Assembly: GCF_037042905.1 (NCBI RefSeq)
Contig: NC_087249.1
Coordinates: forward strand, 52,204,001-52,268,000
Source: Lytechinus pictus
Lineage: Eukaryota
DNA length: 64,000 bases
Direction: 5' to 3'
Each line of letters starts with the position of its first letter. The stretch's first letter is position 1. Under the pieces are notes generated by a model, which worked only from the letters and a program-made list of their open reading frames with translations, made no database searches and was not told the DNA's origin. Below, piece by piece: positions 1 through 13,148 of this stretch. The translations under genes and the position numbers were made by a program.

Positions 1-180
1 TCATCCCTCATTGTAATGAGTTCCCTAATTTGCTCAACCTTGCGATCCACATTAGCTACATGTGAGTTGCATTGAACCTTATTCCACTGCCTATTTACCT
101 GTCTAGGGTCCATCATATATTTACTATTCAAGTATTTGATATTCTCTCCAAGCACAGAGAAAGAACCTAACTGACTCATT
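1..180 (-). mobile_element. Fragment of the ORF2 C-terminus of a 5'-truncated non-LTR retrotransposon; runs off the window
   Basis: The minus strand reads MSQLGSFSVLGENIKYLNSKY...VEQIRELITMRD, which resembles the C-terminal motifs of invertebrate LINE ORF2 proteins. Confidence 0.4.
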
Positions 181-399
181 TTTTTATATATACTATAAAG
201 TTATCAGCCTTAAGAGATGACAAGACAAAACCTTTTTATGTGTAACCTTTTTATCAAAAGTCATAATCTTGTTCATTAAATGAGTGAGTATAGGCCTAGT
301 CAATTAATATTTTAGTAGATACAGAGGCCCTATAAAAATATGAAATAAAATTTAAAGATTTATCACTACAAAATAAGAATAAACAAGAATTGGGCTTAC

Positions 400-411
400 C
401 TTTGACATAAC
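400..411 (-). other. Candidate 12-nt microexon
   Basis: Minus strand: ctttttcctttccattttaccacag|GTTATGTCAAAG|gtaagc. Strong acceptor and donor bracket a frame-preserving 12 nt. Confidence 0.5.
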
Positions 412-1048
412 CTGTGGTAAAATGGAAAGGAAAAAGATATATTATGTATTCAACAGATCTATGTAAAAAAAAGAGATAAATCCACTGAGATTATCATATA
501 GCCTCTTACTTCTAAGATTTTTTTTTATTAAACAGGAGCATGCAACAATTCTGATCTGTAAGAAATCAGTATTTACTCCTTTAATTTGGCTTGATAAAAC
601 AGGCATTAAACCATCTAAAATGATATTGACAAATGAAATATTATACAATTACTGCATTTTATGAATTGATATCACAATTCATACCTCATCATTCATGGAT
701 TTATTAGAATTGGCCTAATTGTTAATGTCACTTCAGTTTTAAAATAATTCATATTATTATATACCGGTAGATCTAACTGTTACTAGTGTTAGACATAGAT
801 CTATACCCAGATCTATATCACTGACATAGATTTTAGACCATATGATATATGGTTGGAACTACCCCTTATCGACCACCTAATTTCTAAGCATCGTATCTGC
901 GAAAATATTCATCAGATTAACCCAGTTTTCGTCTCATTTGTGCAGAAAATTGAGCAGATCAGATTCCAATGTTTCCATCGGCGACTCCCGATTCAATTCG
1001 CGTATATATCGGCGAACAATGAATACGACGGTTTTACATTTGCACCCT

Positions 1049-1450
1049 TCTTTTGAAACCGACCACCCGCGATACACTAAGTTTACGGCCGATTCTTGTC
1101 GCGGTGGCGAAATAATTTGACTCTTCCAAATCAGTTCTATGAATGATGTCAACATGCTAAATGATCGTCTCACTACTTCCACTGCGAGCTCCGGCACATG
1201 ATTCGACAATTGACGACGAATATTTGTTCTAAAGCCGTTTCCTATCGAAAAGGGGGCGGGTTCGGGTCTAGTCAAAACAATTTTGATAAATTCTACTAAA
1301 TTTTGTACCTTTTCTCCTTCTTTTTCTCTCGTAAAATCGATTCTTACCGTTCCTATGGACACTGCGCCTACACTCCTGCGTGTATCGTTTGTAATACGCA
1401 ATAATTTTAATGCGCGCAAGGTGGTCGGTTTCAAAAGAGGTGGTCTCACT
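1049..1450. repeat. 19-bp perfect inverted repeat; probably the end of a DNA transposon with subterminal GACCACC repeats
   Basis: TCTTTTGAAACCGACCACC at 1049-1067 and its reverse complement at 1420-1438, followed by ggtggtctcact|ata. Confidence 0.45.
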
Positions 1451-1563
1451 ATATTACTAATAATAATATAGTCTATAGGCCTAGGCCTAGTACTTAATAA
1501 CTTAGACCCTTAGTAAAAATATACTAGAGAATCTACGATTTTGTCTATGTGTATCATACAATT

Positions 1564-1652
1564 TACTGTAAAAATTAACTTAGAATGAGATATTATCTTA
1601 AATTCTTATTCTAAGTTAGATGTTATCTAATTCCAAGTTAATTTTTACAGTA
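1564..1652. mobile_element. Miniature inverted-repeat element (~90 bp)
   Basis: 18-bp TIRs TACTGTAAAAATTAACTT / AAGTTAATTTTTACAGTA. Confidence 0.6.
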
Positions 1653-3759
1653 TTGTTGCATTCAAGAAATAAAAGAATAAACTGAATAATTCTTGATTAA
1701 CCCACCTCCGGGTTCGATTCCAGGGCAACCCAATGAATCGACTTTCCCTCTGCTGCGTCCGACATTATTTCTTGAATTAGTTACGCTTCGCCTTCGATCA
1801 AATCGGGGGGAAAAAGGTGGAATCCAACTGAACACAATATTCCAAAGCCTCTTGGGTTGAGAATGAAGCGAACAGACGTGAAATGGTAGCTTGCGGACAA
1901 AATGAAGTGGACGGAAAGGTGTCACCTTTCAATCTCTGCGGAGATCTAGTATTCTACTTTCTAGAAAATATTGGGTGTGGATCGCATGTATTTGCTACGC
2001 ACGAAATGCATATCATCATGCATATGTGTAGTGTTGAGTTTTGTGTTATGGTAAGCTAATAATGAACATACTCACTATTTCTATTGGTGTCATTTGGACA
2101 AAATACTTACTAATAATGACGGGCAAAGCAAGATTTAAACTAATGAAAATTATTAAGATTATTTTTTGTATGACGTGTTGAATAATGTTAATCACCGGGG
2201 TAATCATTTTTTTATATTATCAACTGTTGAATATGATTTTTAATAGGGATACAACAAGCATTCCATAATCAATTATAACAACTAATAGTAGTCTGTAAGC
2301 ACAGACCGTAAGTTCACAATGCCTTGTCGTGCATAATGCCAGGGCATAATGCCATGGGTTGACACACCCAGGTAATTGCGATAATTGGCAACACCAATCC
2401 ATTGGCGGGATAGATCTCAGAGGCCCGCTCAGAGGGTACCACTATACGTTATACCAGACCAGGCAATTTTTTTAATCTAATACTGTGCACAAGTAAGGGG
2501 CACAAAATAGTGCATATAGGGGGGGGGGGGCCGGGGGCGGCGGGGTAGGTCAGTGGTTCTTACGAGGTAGGTGTCATCAACGGCGGTAAAGCTTGTCCCA
2601 TTATAGATAAACAAGGATGCCCGTTAGTAGCGTAACAGGCGGATTTCACCGGGAAAATAAAAAAACGGGAAAAGGAGAAAAGGGAGGGAAAAGGAAAGGG
2701 AAAATGAAAGGAGGAAAAGGAAAGGGAAAAGTGAAAAGAAAACAAATAATTTTTTTTTAATGAAAAGGGAAGGAAAGCGGGGAAAAAAACGAAATAAGGA
2801 GATTTGAGAAAGAACAAATCATTCCGAAATGGGCCTATGTAATGCAACAGCATGATTAGTAAGAAAGGGAAATAAATTAAAAGATTACAAAATGGCAAAC
2901 AATAGCAGGAAATGAAGGTAGAATGGATTTAGCCAAAAGCTAATTTGGAAAACGAAGAAAAGGGACAAGAAAAAAAAAACCTAATAACACGACCGGGCTA
3001 CCGAGGATTGAAAATAAAGAGCGGGAAGAAAGATGGACTGCATACAGCATATCGTGCTATATAGGCTTGCTAAATTTTATAAGCTACGGGCTCTGCCCCA
3101 GACCCCATGTACGCAGTACGTAGGGGCTCTTCATCTATAACCTTCAAATGGCTCTATAACGCCCCTGTATGGACCCTTCCTACATTAAGACTTACGTTCC
3201 ATCACTGGCGTACAGCGGTACAGGCGGGGGGGGGGGGGGTCTTGGATCCACACCCAAGAGGAAATAAAAGAAATTATAGGAGACAACGTGATGGAATGAA
3301 TGAAAAAATGAAATGTGTTATTTGCTGAATATAATGGGAAAATCTGTCACATAATTAGTATTTTAATTTCAATAGGCATTTTTTTTCCAGCTCACTTTGC
3401 TCGCTGGCGACTTTTTACAAATTTTCCCGCGTTGCTATTTGATTTGATTTTTTTTATTGTTTTCTTCTGCATCCATAACATTCGTATAATTAATTTTTCA
3501 TAACATAATAAACATAATATGCTAGCATTTTTGGCATGAATCATAAATAAAGAGTATTAAAAAGATAATTTCAGACAAAAATGATTAACTATATGATATT
3601 CACAATTTGCAGGAGAAGGATTGTCATCATAAGCAGATTGCTTGAAAAGAATGACAATCCCAAACTTATACTAATTGAATTAATTAATACATTTATAAAG
3701 CAGAATGGGCATACATTTTCAAATACGAAACATGAATTCATGCAATATTTTAGTATGAA

Positions 3760-3875
3760 GATGAAGATGATAAAGCTGAGGGTGACGGTGATATGATGAT
3801 GTTGATGTTGATGATGATGACGATGATGATGATGATGATGAAGGCCATGGAGATGATGGTGGTCATGATGAAGAT
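3760..3875. repeat. (GAT)n microsatellite
   Basis: Imperfect GAT run; it explains the poly-His ORF 3589-3912. Confidence 0.9.
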
Positions 3876-3981
3876 ATTGGTAATGGCTAAATCGAAGGAG
3901 GAATAAATTCACGATAAAAAGGATACGACACAGAAATTTTACTTCAAATATTCTGATAATAACATAGATTTAACGTTTGCC

Positions 3982-6900
3982 TTAAATGAGTGAAGAGACG
4001 AAGATTGTTTTACAAGGCTCTGGTAGAGAGTTCCACAAATCTGGACCATGGTGTCTTATGGATCTCTGCGCAATAAGCAATTTAGGGTTGATTAAATGAA
4101 AATTTGAAGAGTTACCGGTAGGGTAAGAATGAATAGATGTATTCAGAGTATAACAATTGTGGAATGAAGGTGGGAGCATGTTATTTACGTACTTAAACAT
4201 AGGTAGTAAACTTTGAAGAGTATTTATGTCAATTACTGTTAGAGTCTTTAGTTTATGGAATAATGGATTTATGTGTGATAAATATTGGGAATCAGTACAG
4301 ATTCGAATTGTTTTTTTCTGTAATAAGTATATTGTATTAATTTTAGTTTTTGCACATGTTGCTCAAACTATGTTGCAATATGATATATAAGGCAATATTA
4401 ATGAATTGTAGAGTATGACAAGAGTTGTATGTGGAATTATGTTTTTCATTTTGTAAAGTATACCAACGTTTCTAGAAATACTAGTAGTTATACAACGTAC
4501 ATGTTCATTCCAATTTAAATTTTCATCTATTGTGACACCTAAAAACTTTGTTTCTCTTTTCCTTTTGAGAGGAGTATTGTCTATGTTTATATTGTAAGGA
4601 AATTCGTTATCATGTGAGTGTGTATGCTTGAAATATATAAAATTTGTTTTATCTATATTGAGTGAAAGCTTATTACAATTAAACCACAAAGATAGTTTTG
4701 GTAATTCACAGTTAATTATATCTACTAAAGTTTCTAAGCTATTATGTGAACAAAAAATGTTGGTGTCATCTGCAAATAATACATATGATAATAAAGGTGT
4801 TACAGAAGTCAAATCATTGATATATTTTAAAAAAAGCAAGGGGCCTAGGATTGATCCTTGTGGAACTCCGCATTGTATTAACTGAAAATCAGAAGGAATA
4901 TTATTGTGAATTACATATTGTTTTCTATTGGACAAATAACTCTTAAACCAAGATAGTGTAATTCCGCGAATTCCAAAATTTTCAAGTTTTTAAAGTAATA
5001 TCTGGTGGTCAAGAGTGTCAACGGCTTTGCTTAAGTCCATGAATACGCCTATTATATGTTCTTTTTTTGCCATTGCATTTGTAATTTTATCGTATATTTG
5101 TATTAACGCCTGATCAGTCGAATGTCCTTTCCTGAATCCATATTGGTTAAAATTTAGAAAATGAAAAGTATCTAGAAACTTATAAAGTCTATTGTAAATA
5201 ATCTTCTCTAATATTTTGGAAATGCTGGGAAGAAAAGAAATAGGCCTGTAATTTGTTATTTCATGCAGATTATCTTTTTTTAAAACAGGATTTACCTTTG
5301 CAATTTTTAGGGAATCAGGACACATTCCGGTGCTAATCGACAGATTAAAAATATGACACAAAGGAGAGGCAATATAGTGTATGATCTGCTTAAGAAGGAA
5401 AGTACTAATTCTATCAATTCCCTGTGATTTGCTTGATTTGAGATTTTTTGTTATTTCAATTAATTCCTGAACATTTGTTGGGTTAAAGAATAAAGAAGAG
5501 TTAATGGGTGTGGGAAGAAATTTTCCAAAATTTTCATCAGTTCTGTCAAGTTTGTTTGCCAATGAGGGTCCTAAGTTAACAAAAAAGGAATTAAAGGTAT
5601 ATCAGCTACATCTTCTGAATTTATCACAACATCATGAGCTGTGAAATTATCTTTGGGTAATATTTTGGGTTTCTTGCCAATCAAATCTTTTTTTTAGTCT
5701 AAAAAATATATATTTTTAGGACGGGTTGTTTTGTCCTTCACCAAACTGTATATTTTTTATTACTTTGTATTTATTTTGTGAGTATTTCCCTCTCATTTAT
5801 TCATTCTTTTCTCATTTGATTATCTGTATTTATACTTTGTTATTTTGTTATTTGTTGTGTTATCTATTTCTTGAGGGGCCCACATTGTACAAGCATTGCT
5901 TTTTAGTGGGTCCCTCCATTTCCATCTTAATTTAATTTCTATTGAAAAATAGTATATATATTTAAAACCTACAATGTGTTGCCCAAATCGTCTAAGTGTT
6001 TTTTTTTTTTTTCACTACATATGTATAATTAATTTTGTTTGCAACGGATACAAATATTTATGTTTTATATATGGTATACAATTTGTTTTTGTTTGATGGA
6101 AGTGAAATAAATGAATTTGAATTTGAATTTGAAATCATTTATAATCTCCCATGTTGCTTTCATGTTTGATTTGACTTTGTAAAGCTTCTCGGAATAAAAT
6201 AATTTGCGAGAAGCTCGAATTGTATTGGTTAGTCTATTTCTATAAGTTTTGTATTTATTTTTGTTTTGAATAGAAGGGTTCTTTAAAAATGCCTTGTAAA
6301 GTTTATTTCGGGTACGTATGGATCTTAAAATTGCTTTAGAAATCCATGGCATTTTTGCCTTCTTTCTTTTGACCAGTGGTATCAGAGGAAATTTTTTTTC
6401 GTAAAATGTCTGCAATTTATTGTTAAAATTTGTGTATGCAATGTTTGAATTAGACTCATGAAATACATCCAACCATTCTTCAATAGCAAGATCCCTTTTA
6501 AACGATTCAATGTTATTTTGAGATTCTTTTCTATACATTTTCGATTTGAGTATATTTTCTTTTGGAATATCATTATCGCAAAATGAAAAAACCGGCAAAT
6601 GATCCGATTTATCAGATATTAACAATCCACTGGTAATATCTATGTTTAATATATTTGAAAAAAATGTTGTCGATAAGTGTTGATGAATGGCTATCAATTC
6701 TGGTCGGTTTATCTATATGGGGATAATAGCCAAATGAATGCATTGTGTGTAGGAATAAATCATGTTCATTATTTTGGGATAACAGGTTGATGTTAAAATC
6801 ACCCATTAAATATATTTGTTTCTCTTCTTTTCTAATAGTATGAAGGCACGTTTCAAGGTCTTCACAAAATAAATTTGCTTTATCATGAGGGGGTCTATAA

Positions 6901-7400
6901 AATCAATCCAATAATTATATTTTTGCTTTTTGGCTTCGTGATTTCTATGAATAAAGTTTCGCTCTGTTTTAATGATATTTCTGTCCTTACTTTGAATTGC
7001 AAATGTTCACTGATGTAAAATGCTACACCTCCTCCTCTTTGATCTTCCCGGTCACGCCTAATGAGATTATAGTTTTCCAAACTGAATATGTTAGGTGAAG
7101 TATTGTGAAGCCATGTTTCCGTGACACCAATAATGGAAAATTTGAAACTGTTTAAAGTGAAAAGTAATGATTCCAATGACTCAAAATTTTTGTTCAAACT
7201 ACGAGCATTAATATGAAGCAAACTGAATTTATGCTCCATGTCTCTAAATCTAGAAGTAAAATCTTCGGTTGAGTAATAGTTATTATCAGATGATATATTG
7301 TTTGTATTGAAAATAGAAAAAAATGTCCATGTCATTACTCAGGAGGATAATTTGATATTACCAAAAACTTAAGATTATTGGTATGATATGTGATTTGTGT
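3982..7400 (-). mobile_element. Degenerate L2/CR1-group LINE ORF2 (APE endonuclease + reverse transcriptase), frameshifted
   Basis: Collinear fragments: INARSL/GVTETW/RGGGVA (6895-7335), MGDFNINLL...TLIDNIF (6612-6806), PWIS (6065-6697), NYRPIS/QYGFR/DLSKA (4990-5562), GVPQGSILGP/FADDT/KFLGV (4363-4935), C-terminus (3982-4200). Confidence 0.93.
5688..6131 (+). mobile_element. 3' end of a second L2-type element inserted antisense into the first LINE
   Basis: 3'UTR hairpin gaggggcccac...gtgggtccctc, AATAAA and an (AATTTG)n tail. AAATC is duplicated at 5683-5687 and 6132-6136. Removing the insert restores WEIINDLIGKKP. Confidence 0.75.
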
Positions 7401-10079
7401 GTAAATTTTCTGTGTCATAACAGCAAGATGGTGGTAGTAATGGTGATGAGATGAAGAGAGGATGGAGTTTAAAAAAACTAATAAAGGATGAATGTGAAAT
7501 CGAATTTGCTGTTGGTGATTATGATGATGATGATGATGATGATGATGAAAATGATGACAATTTTGTGCCCCCTCAAAATGTTTGGTTCATTACGTAACTG
7601 GGATGAGTAAATGTGTTATGTGAAAACTATATTCTGAATATACCCGCGATTGATTAAAAATAGCGGCAATCTGCGAGGTTTAAAGTGGCTTTGATATCAA
7701 GAAGTTCCGGCGGCTCCGCCCCGGTCCCCAACCGCATAGTACTGCCGTATATGATTATGGAATGGTTGGGCCATGGTCCCAAAAAGTTCTACAACCAAGA
7801 ACAAAAAAAGGAGGAAAGGAGAGCAAAGGAAAAGTATAGGATATGATTAAATTTACTGAATATAATGTCAAAAAATATCTCAAAGTTAGATTCTCATGAA
7901 AAGGTGATTTTTTTTTCTCCCTCGCTTCGCTCGCCCGGTACTTATATTGAGCAGCATTTTAGTACATGAGCGCGCCTCGTTTCTTTTTTTTACTCTTCAC
8001 GCTACTGCCGAAAAGAATCCTGTTCACAGTGGCGTACAGACCAAATTAAAGAAAAGGGAATGGAAAGAGAGAAGGGTTAAATATAATATTCTTTGAATAA
8101 CATGTCAAAATCTATCAGAAAATTTGATTTTTGGAATAAAAATGTCAAAATTTTTGCTTGCTCGCTTCGCTCGCTCGCAACTATTTTTTTTAAAGATAAA
8201 TTCTTCCCGATACGTAATATCTGGCCTTCTAAAAATTGTCGCCTCACAACACCAAATATACGCCTGTTCATATCATGATAATATGACCGGGAAATTTGTG
8301 GCTCTTGCCCCCCCCCCCCTAGCCACCGACCCCTGTTATGCCCCTGATGCCCGTTAGCTAGAGAATATCGGACCACTCGCCCCTTTCTATTTTTATAGCG
8401 AATTGTAAAAATATAAGGCAATTAGTAGGCCTATATATTTTTGTTTAAGAGGTTTATTTTTCTCTAGCAATGTTATTTTTTTTTTCATTTTCATCTATTT
8501 ATTTATTTTCATTATTTATCTATTCATTTCTTTATTTTCATTATTTTTATTTAATTAATTTGATTTATTTTTTTATTCATTTACTTGTTTATTTTGTATT
8601 TTATTCTCATTATTATTATTATTATTTTTTTTTTTTTTGGGGGGGGAGATTTTTGTTTATGTTTGGTGATTACAGAGCGAAACAGCTTAGTGTTGCTTAA
8701 CCCCTGTATACCATTATACCTGCATAAGTTACATAAAGCTATCAGGATGTACCAGCAATCATAATATGGCTTCTTTGTACCTCATCATCATGGCGACCGA
8801 GGCACCTATAAAAAAAAAAAATCTTCTAAATTTCCATATTAAACAATTGGCATATAATTATGTGTAAAGAAAAATACTCTTCTCGTGTGCTTAAGTTTAT
8901 TTTGACTCAAGGTAGACACTGTCACTCAATGGACATCTGTCATCCTTAACGACATCGGATCTAGACTTCATGGGTTCACCGATAATTATGTTATTGCAGA
9001 GTATACGCTAGGTTATTGACCATCAAATACGTCAGAATTTGGATACGAAAATCTAAATAAACCGCTGCTAAATGCGATGTGTCTCCAGTTTAATAAATGA
9101 TGGGGAGAGCTTTTTTAATTTGGAGGTCATGCCCAGCAACGTTTCCACGTCCAAGAGAAAGAAAATGAAAGCAGAAGAAAGGAATGGGGATAAGTTATGA
9201 TGTTGTTTTCTGATTATTTGTCAACATGTAGTATCATAGAATTAGATTTTGCATTTTAAAAAAATAAAAGTTTTTACTCTCTCAAGAGCGCCACGTTGTG
9301 CCCTGTCCCGGTGCTCGCTCATTTTTTTTCTTCTGGGGATCATTACGCCGCTGTTTATAAGAAAAAGAAGAAGAAGAAGAAAAAAAGCACAGAAGAATAT
9401 ACATGTGTAGTGAAGTCGAGTTTCTATGGAGGTAGCCTTAAATGGCGATGTGCGATGCCGCCAGATTCATAAGAAAACTGAAAAGTGATGTAATTTGAAA
9501 ATAGATAATCATGGTGATTTGAAACATTTCCTGTTTCAATTTTTTTATCTGAATAGAAAACATGGAGAGTTAATCATGACCGTATTTTGCATTGTATGCC
9601 ACCAGAAGTGGAAACATTTAAAATAGTCGACATTTCTAGAATCCATAATAATATTTTGACAAACTTCAGAATAATTCCAATGGACAAAAATTGAATTTGT
9701 TATGGGTTGAATATATTAATTTGTAATATTATGTGACATAGTCCATCGCAGGCAAGTAAGTTCAAATTATACTCCAAGAAATATTGCCACATTTTTTTCT
9801 CGCTTGTCCGTGTGAAAATTAGTGACATAATTTATTGATCATATTTTCCTGTCAGAGGCAACTGAAATTTACGGTAATAACAGAAACATATACCCCCCGC
9901 GCCTTTGTAAATAGCCAGTAGGCCTACATATTTTGCGTACAATCACCTGCAAAAAAAATCCATGCCTAACACACCACTTAAGGCATACCCTTCAAATGGC
10001 GAATGTTGTGTTACTCATTCTATTAAAAAATCCTTGGGTAAAATAGTGGATTTCTGCTTCATGCATTATTATACTGTAT

Positions 10080-11605
10080 CATAGGCGGATCCAGGGGGGC
10101 CGAGGAGCCCACCCCCCCCCCCCCCCCCCCATTGGCGGAGCAAAAAAGGGGGGAAAAGGAAAGAATTAAAGGAAAAAAGGAGGGAAAGAGAGGAGAAAAA
10201 AGAAGAGGAGGAAGACGAGTGAATAAAACAAGATGAGGGGAAGACTTGGAAAATAAAAAGAATCTTTCATGCCACTATATAAAATTTTCGCTCGCACTAC
10301 GCGCTCGCATTGCCTGTTAGTTGATTTTCGTATCTTGTTCAATATGGAGCTTAAATATCAAGTTTGGAAATCAATATACAAAACATATTTCACCTCGGAA
10401 ATCGAATTTTCATTATTTTGTGTGATTTACAAATTGATTTTTAAAAAGTGCTCTGTAAAAATGTCAGTTTTTATGGTCTGGATATTAACATTTTCTCGCA
10501 AACTTTGATGTATCAGGTACCTATTATTTTCGTGTATTCCATAAAGTTATCAAAATATCCCTTTTCAGGTCTGATTGTCAAACGTATCAGCTAGCGCTGC
10601 ACGCTCGCATTTTGATAGGCGAGTAATGTATGACTATACTGATTACAACAGTTTATAAAAAAAATCTGGCTCGCGATTTGCGCGCGCATTAATGGTTAAA
10701 AATATATTAACTGATGCATCCTATTCATGATTACAAAAGTGCTTTAAATGTCCAGCATATATTGACTCTTTTTTCAGTCAAAATATCAAATAGTTTAAGC
10801 TCGCGCTTCGCGCTCGCTTTGATTTTCATGTTAAAAGATGTATGTAGAATGCCTATAGATTCTAGGTCTAAATATGAAACACGCGCGTGCATGTTTATTC
10901 AGATACTCAACTTGTTCTCTTTTTAAATCATTATCCAGTTTCAGATCACAATATCAAAAATTTTCTGCTCGCGCTTTGCGCTCGCATTATTGATGCAAGG
11001 GAGATCCCCATTTACTCATCCTTTTCATGATTTACAAAACATGAATAGAGTGTCTCGTTCAGTAGGTCTAAATCTCGAAATTTTCCGTTCGCTCTTCGCG
11101 CTCGAATCAATTGTTTAGTTATATACCTATTCTGTTTAAGTTACAAAAGTGCTTAGAATTTCCGTTCTGTAGGTAAAAATGTCAAAAAATTTCAGCTCGC
11201 GCTCGCATTATTTGATTTTTAAAATATGTAATGTCTTCATGGCTAACTGCAAGCAGTCTTTAACAGGTACCTTTTCTATCAGTTCATTTCTGCACGCGCT
11301 TTGCGTTCGTAGTAATTATTTAGTTGCATACACATCTTTTTTCAGGATAAACATTGCCCAGAATGTTCAAATTTTAGGAGAAAATACATAAAATTTCCAA
11401 AAAAAATTTAGCTCGCGCTTCGCGCTCGCATTAATTAAAAGGATTATGATATTACATATTCATGTTGATTTATAAGAACAAGACTAAGAAGTGACTATTA
11501 GGACTACAGAAACAAAAAAAAAACCATCTTCGAGCGGCCGATCGGGGAAAATATGGCTGAAAAAATTCCGGCCCCCACTATTGGCGAAGGCTGGATCCGC
11601 CCCTG
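10080..11605. mobile_element. Non-autonomous hAT-like element with internal CGCGCTTCGCGCTCGC-motif repeats
   Basis: TIRs CATAGGCGGATCCAG / CTGGATCCGCCCCTG. TGTAT flanks both ends, so only 5 bp of TSD are visible. Confidence 0.75.
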
Positions 11606-11945
11606 TGTATAGTAACCATGGTAACCAATTTGGTATAGTAATCTTTGTCGGACAGTGATATTTCTCCCGTCTTTCATTTTCTGTATCTATCTCTTTTGTT
11701 TACAGAATCACGTGATGCTTTTCTTGTGTTGACAAACCGCTTTGTCGTAGGACAAGACCGGGGGACAAGATGTCTGACCCCCCCTGCTGCCATTCACAAG
11801 GCAAGATTTTGATCAAACATGATACTTATGATCCCAAGTGGTGCATTAACCACAATGACCGACATCTCTGAAATGTTTACATCGAGCTTAGATAGCCAAC
11901 CCTCTGTAGAAAGTACATCCTCGTAAGAAAATAAACCCAATAACC

Positions 11946-12798
11946 CAGGGGCGTCGATCCATTTTTCAGATTGGGGGGGGGGGCAAATCATGAATCAACG
12001 TTCCAAAGGCGCTTGATCACACAAAACAAACAAACTCACACACACACACACATAGGCCTATATATATATATATATATATAATGAAAAAAGAGACATATAT
12101 CTCACTAACAAATTAAAGCGAGCGCGAAGCGCGAGCTGATTTTTTTTAGTATACTGACCTGTAAGCAGGAAAAAAGGTACCTGTTTAGGACTGTTTGCAG
12201 TAACTCATGAGGAGTCATATCTCACTACACAGATAATGCGAGTGCGGAGAGCGAGCTGAAATTTCTTTATATTCTGACCTGAAAGCTTGATATTCTAAGC
12301 ATTTTTGGTACCAATGATTAAGATCAGTATCTAAAAGAACATTAGATGCGAGCGCGAAGCGCAAGCTGAAAATTTTGATATCTCGATCTGAAAAAATTGA
12401 CAGTTTAATGGACGTTTTTAATAAAGAACAATATATATATATCCAACAAAAGATTATTGCAAATCGAAGCGGGAGTTCCTTTTGAGGTCTAGAACTGAAA
12501 ACGGGACACCTATTCTATTCACCTTTTTAATCATGAAAAGTATGGGTTTTTGCTACAGAAATTATATTCCAATCTGAAAAGCGGACAATTTGAGCACGAT
12601 TTTAAATAAAGAACGAGTTGTGTATCTAAATCTCGCTTGATTTCTGTGTAACATTACAATCTTATTCTATTTTTTGCACATGCGGAATTGTTGGGGGGCA
12701 AACATGGGGCAAAACGATATGTTTGCCCCCCCCCCAATATTTTCATTGGTGGGGCGATCGCCCCCCCCCCCCCCCCCCCGCCCGGATCGACGCCTCTG
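11946..12798. mobile_element. Non-autonomous hAT-like element
   Basis: TIRs CAGGGGCGTCGATCC / GGATCGACGCCTCTG; internal GCGAGCGCGAAGCGC repeats. Confidence 0.7.
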
Positions 12799-13148
12799 AT
12801 TATAACCCGACCTTTATTATCAGTCAACCTCGCTATGCCACTCGTCAGGATGTGATGATAATGGTAGGCTCTATAGATAGTCTCTCCATGCAGACAGACC
12901 ATCATTGCGGAGCTATGTCAATTGTAATACAGTGAATGGACAGATGACATGAAAGGATAGCTGCTAGCTGTGTTCGGGTTGCATGCTCGTATTACTTTGA
13001 TGTACACGCATGATATTACAGAATGAGAGTGTTTAACGTATGGCCGAGGCTATCTCATGCAACTCTGGATTTTCTGTTTACGACGCGCAGAGTCGTTTAT
13101 TACTCAACATCCTCAACATTCACTAATTTTACAGAAATTGGTGACAGC

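Noticed and set aside
934-1449. 171-aa ORF
   Set aside because: Non-ATG start, no recognisable domain, and it overlaps a repeat terminus.
1708-1732. tRNA-like T-arm (CCGGGTTCGATTCC)
   Set aside because: No A-box or 5' half; at most a relic.
3589-3912. Poly-His ORF
   Set aside because: It is the translation of a (GAT)n microsatellite.
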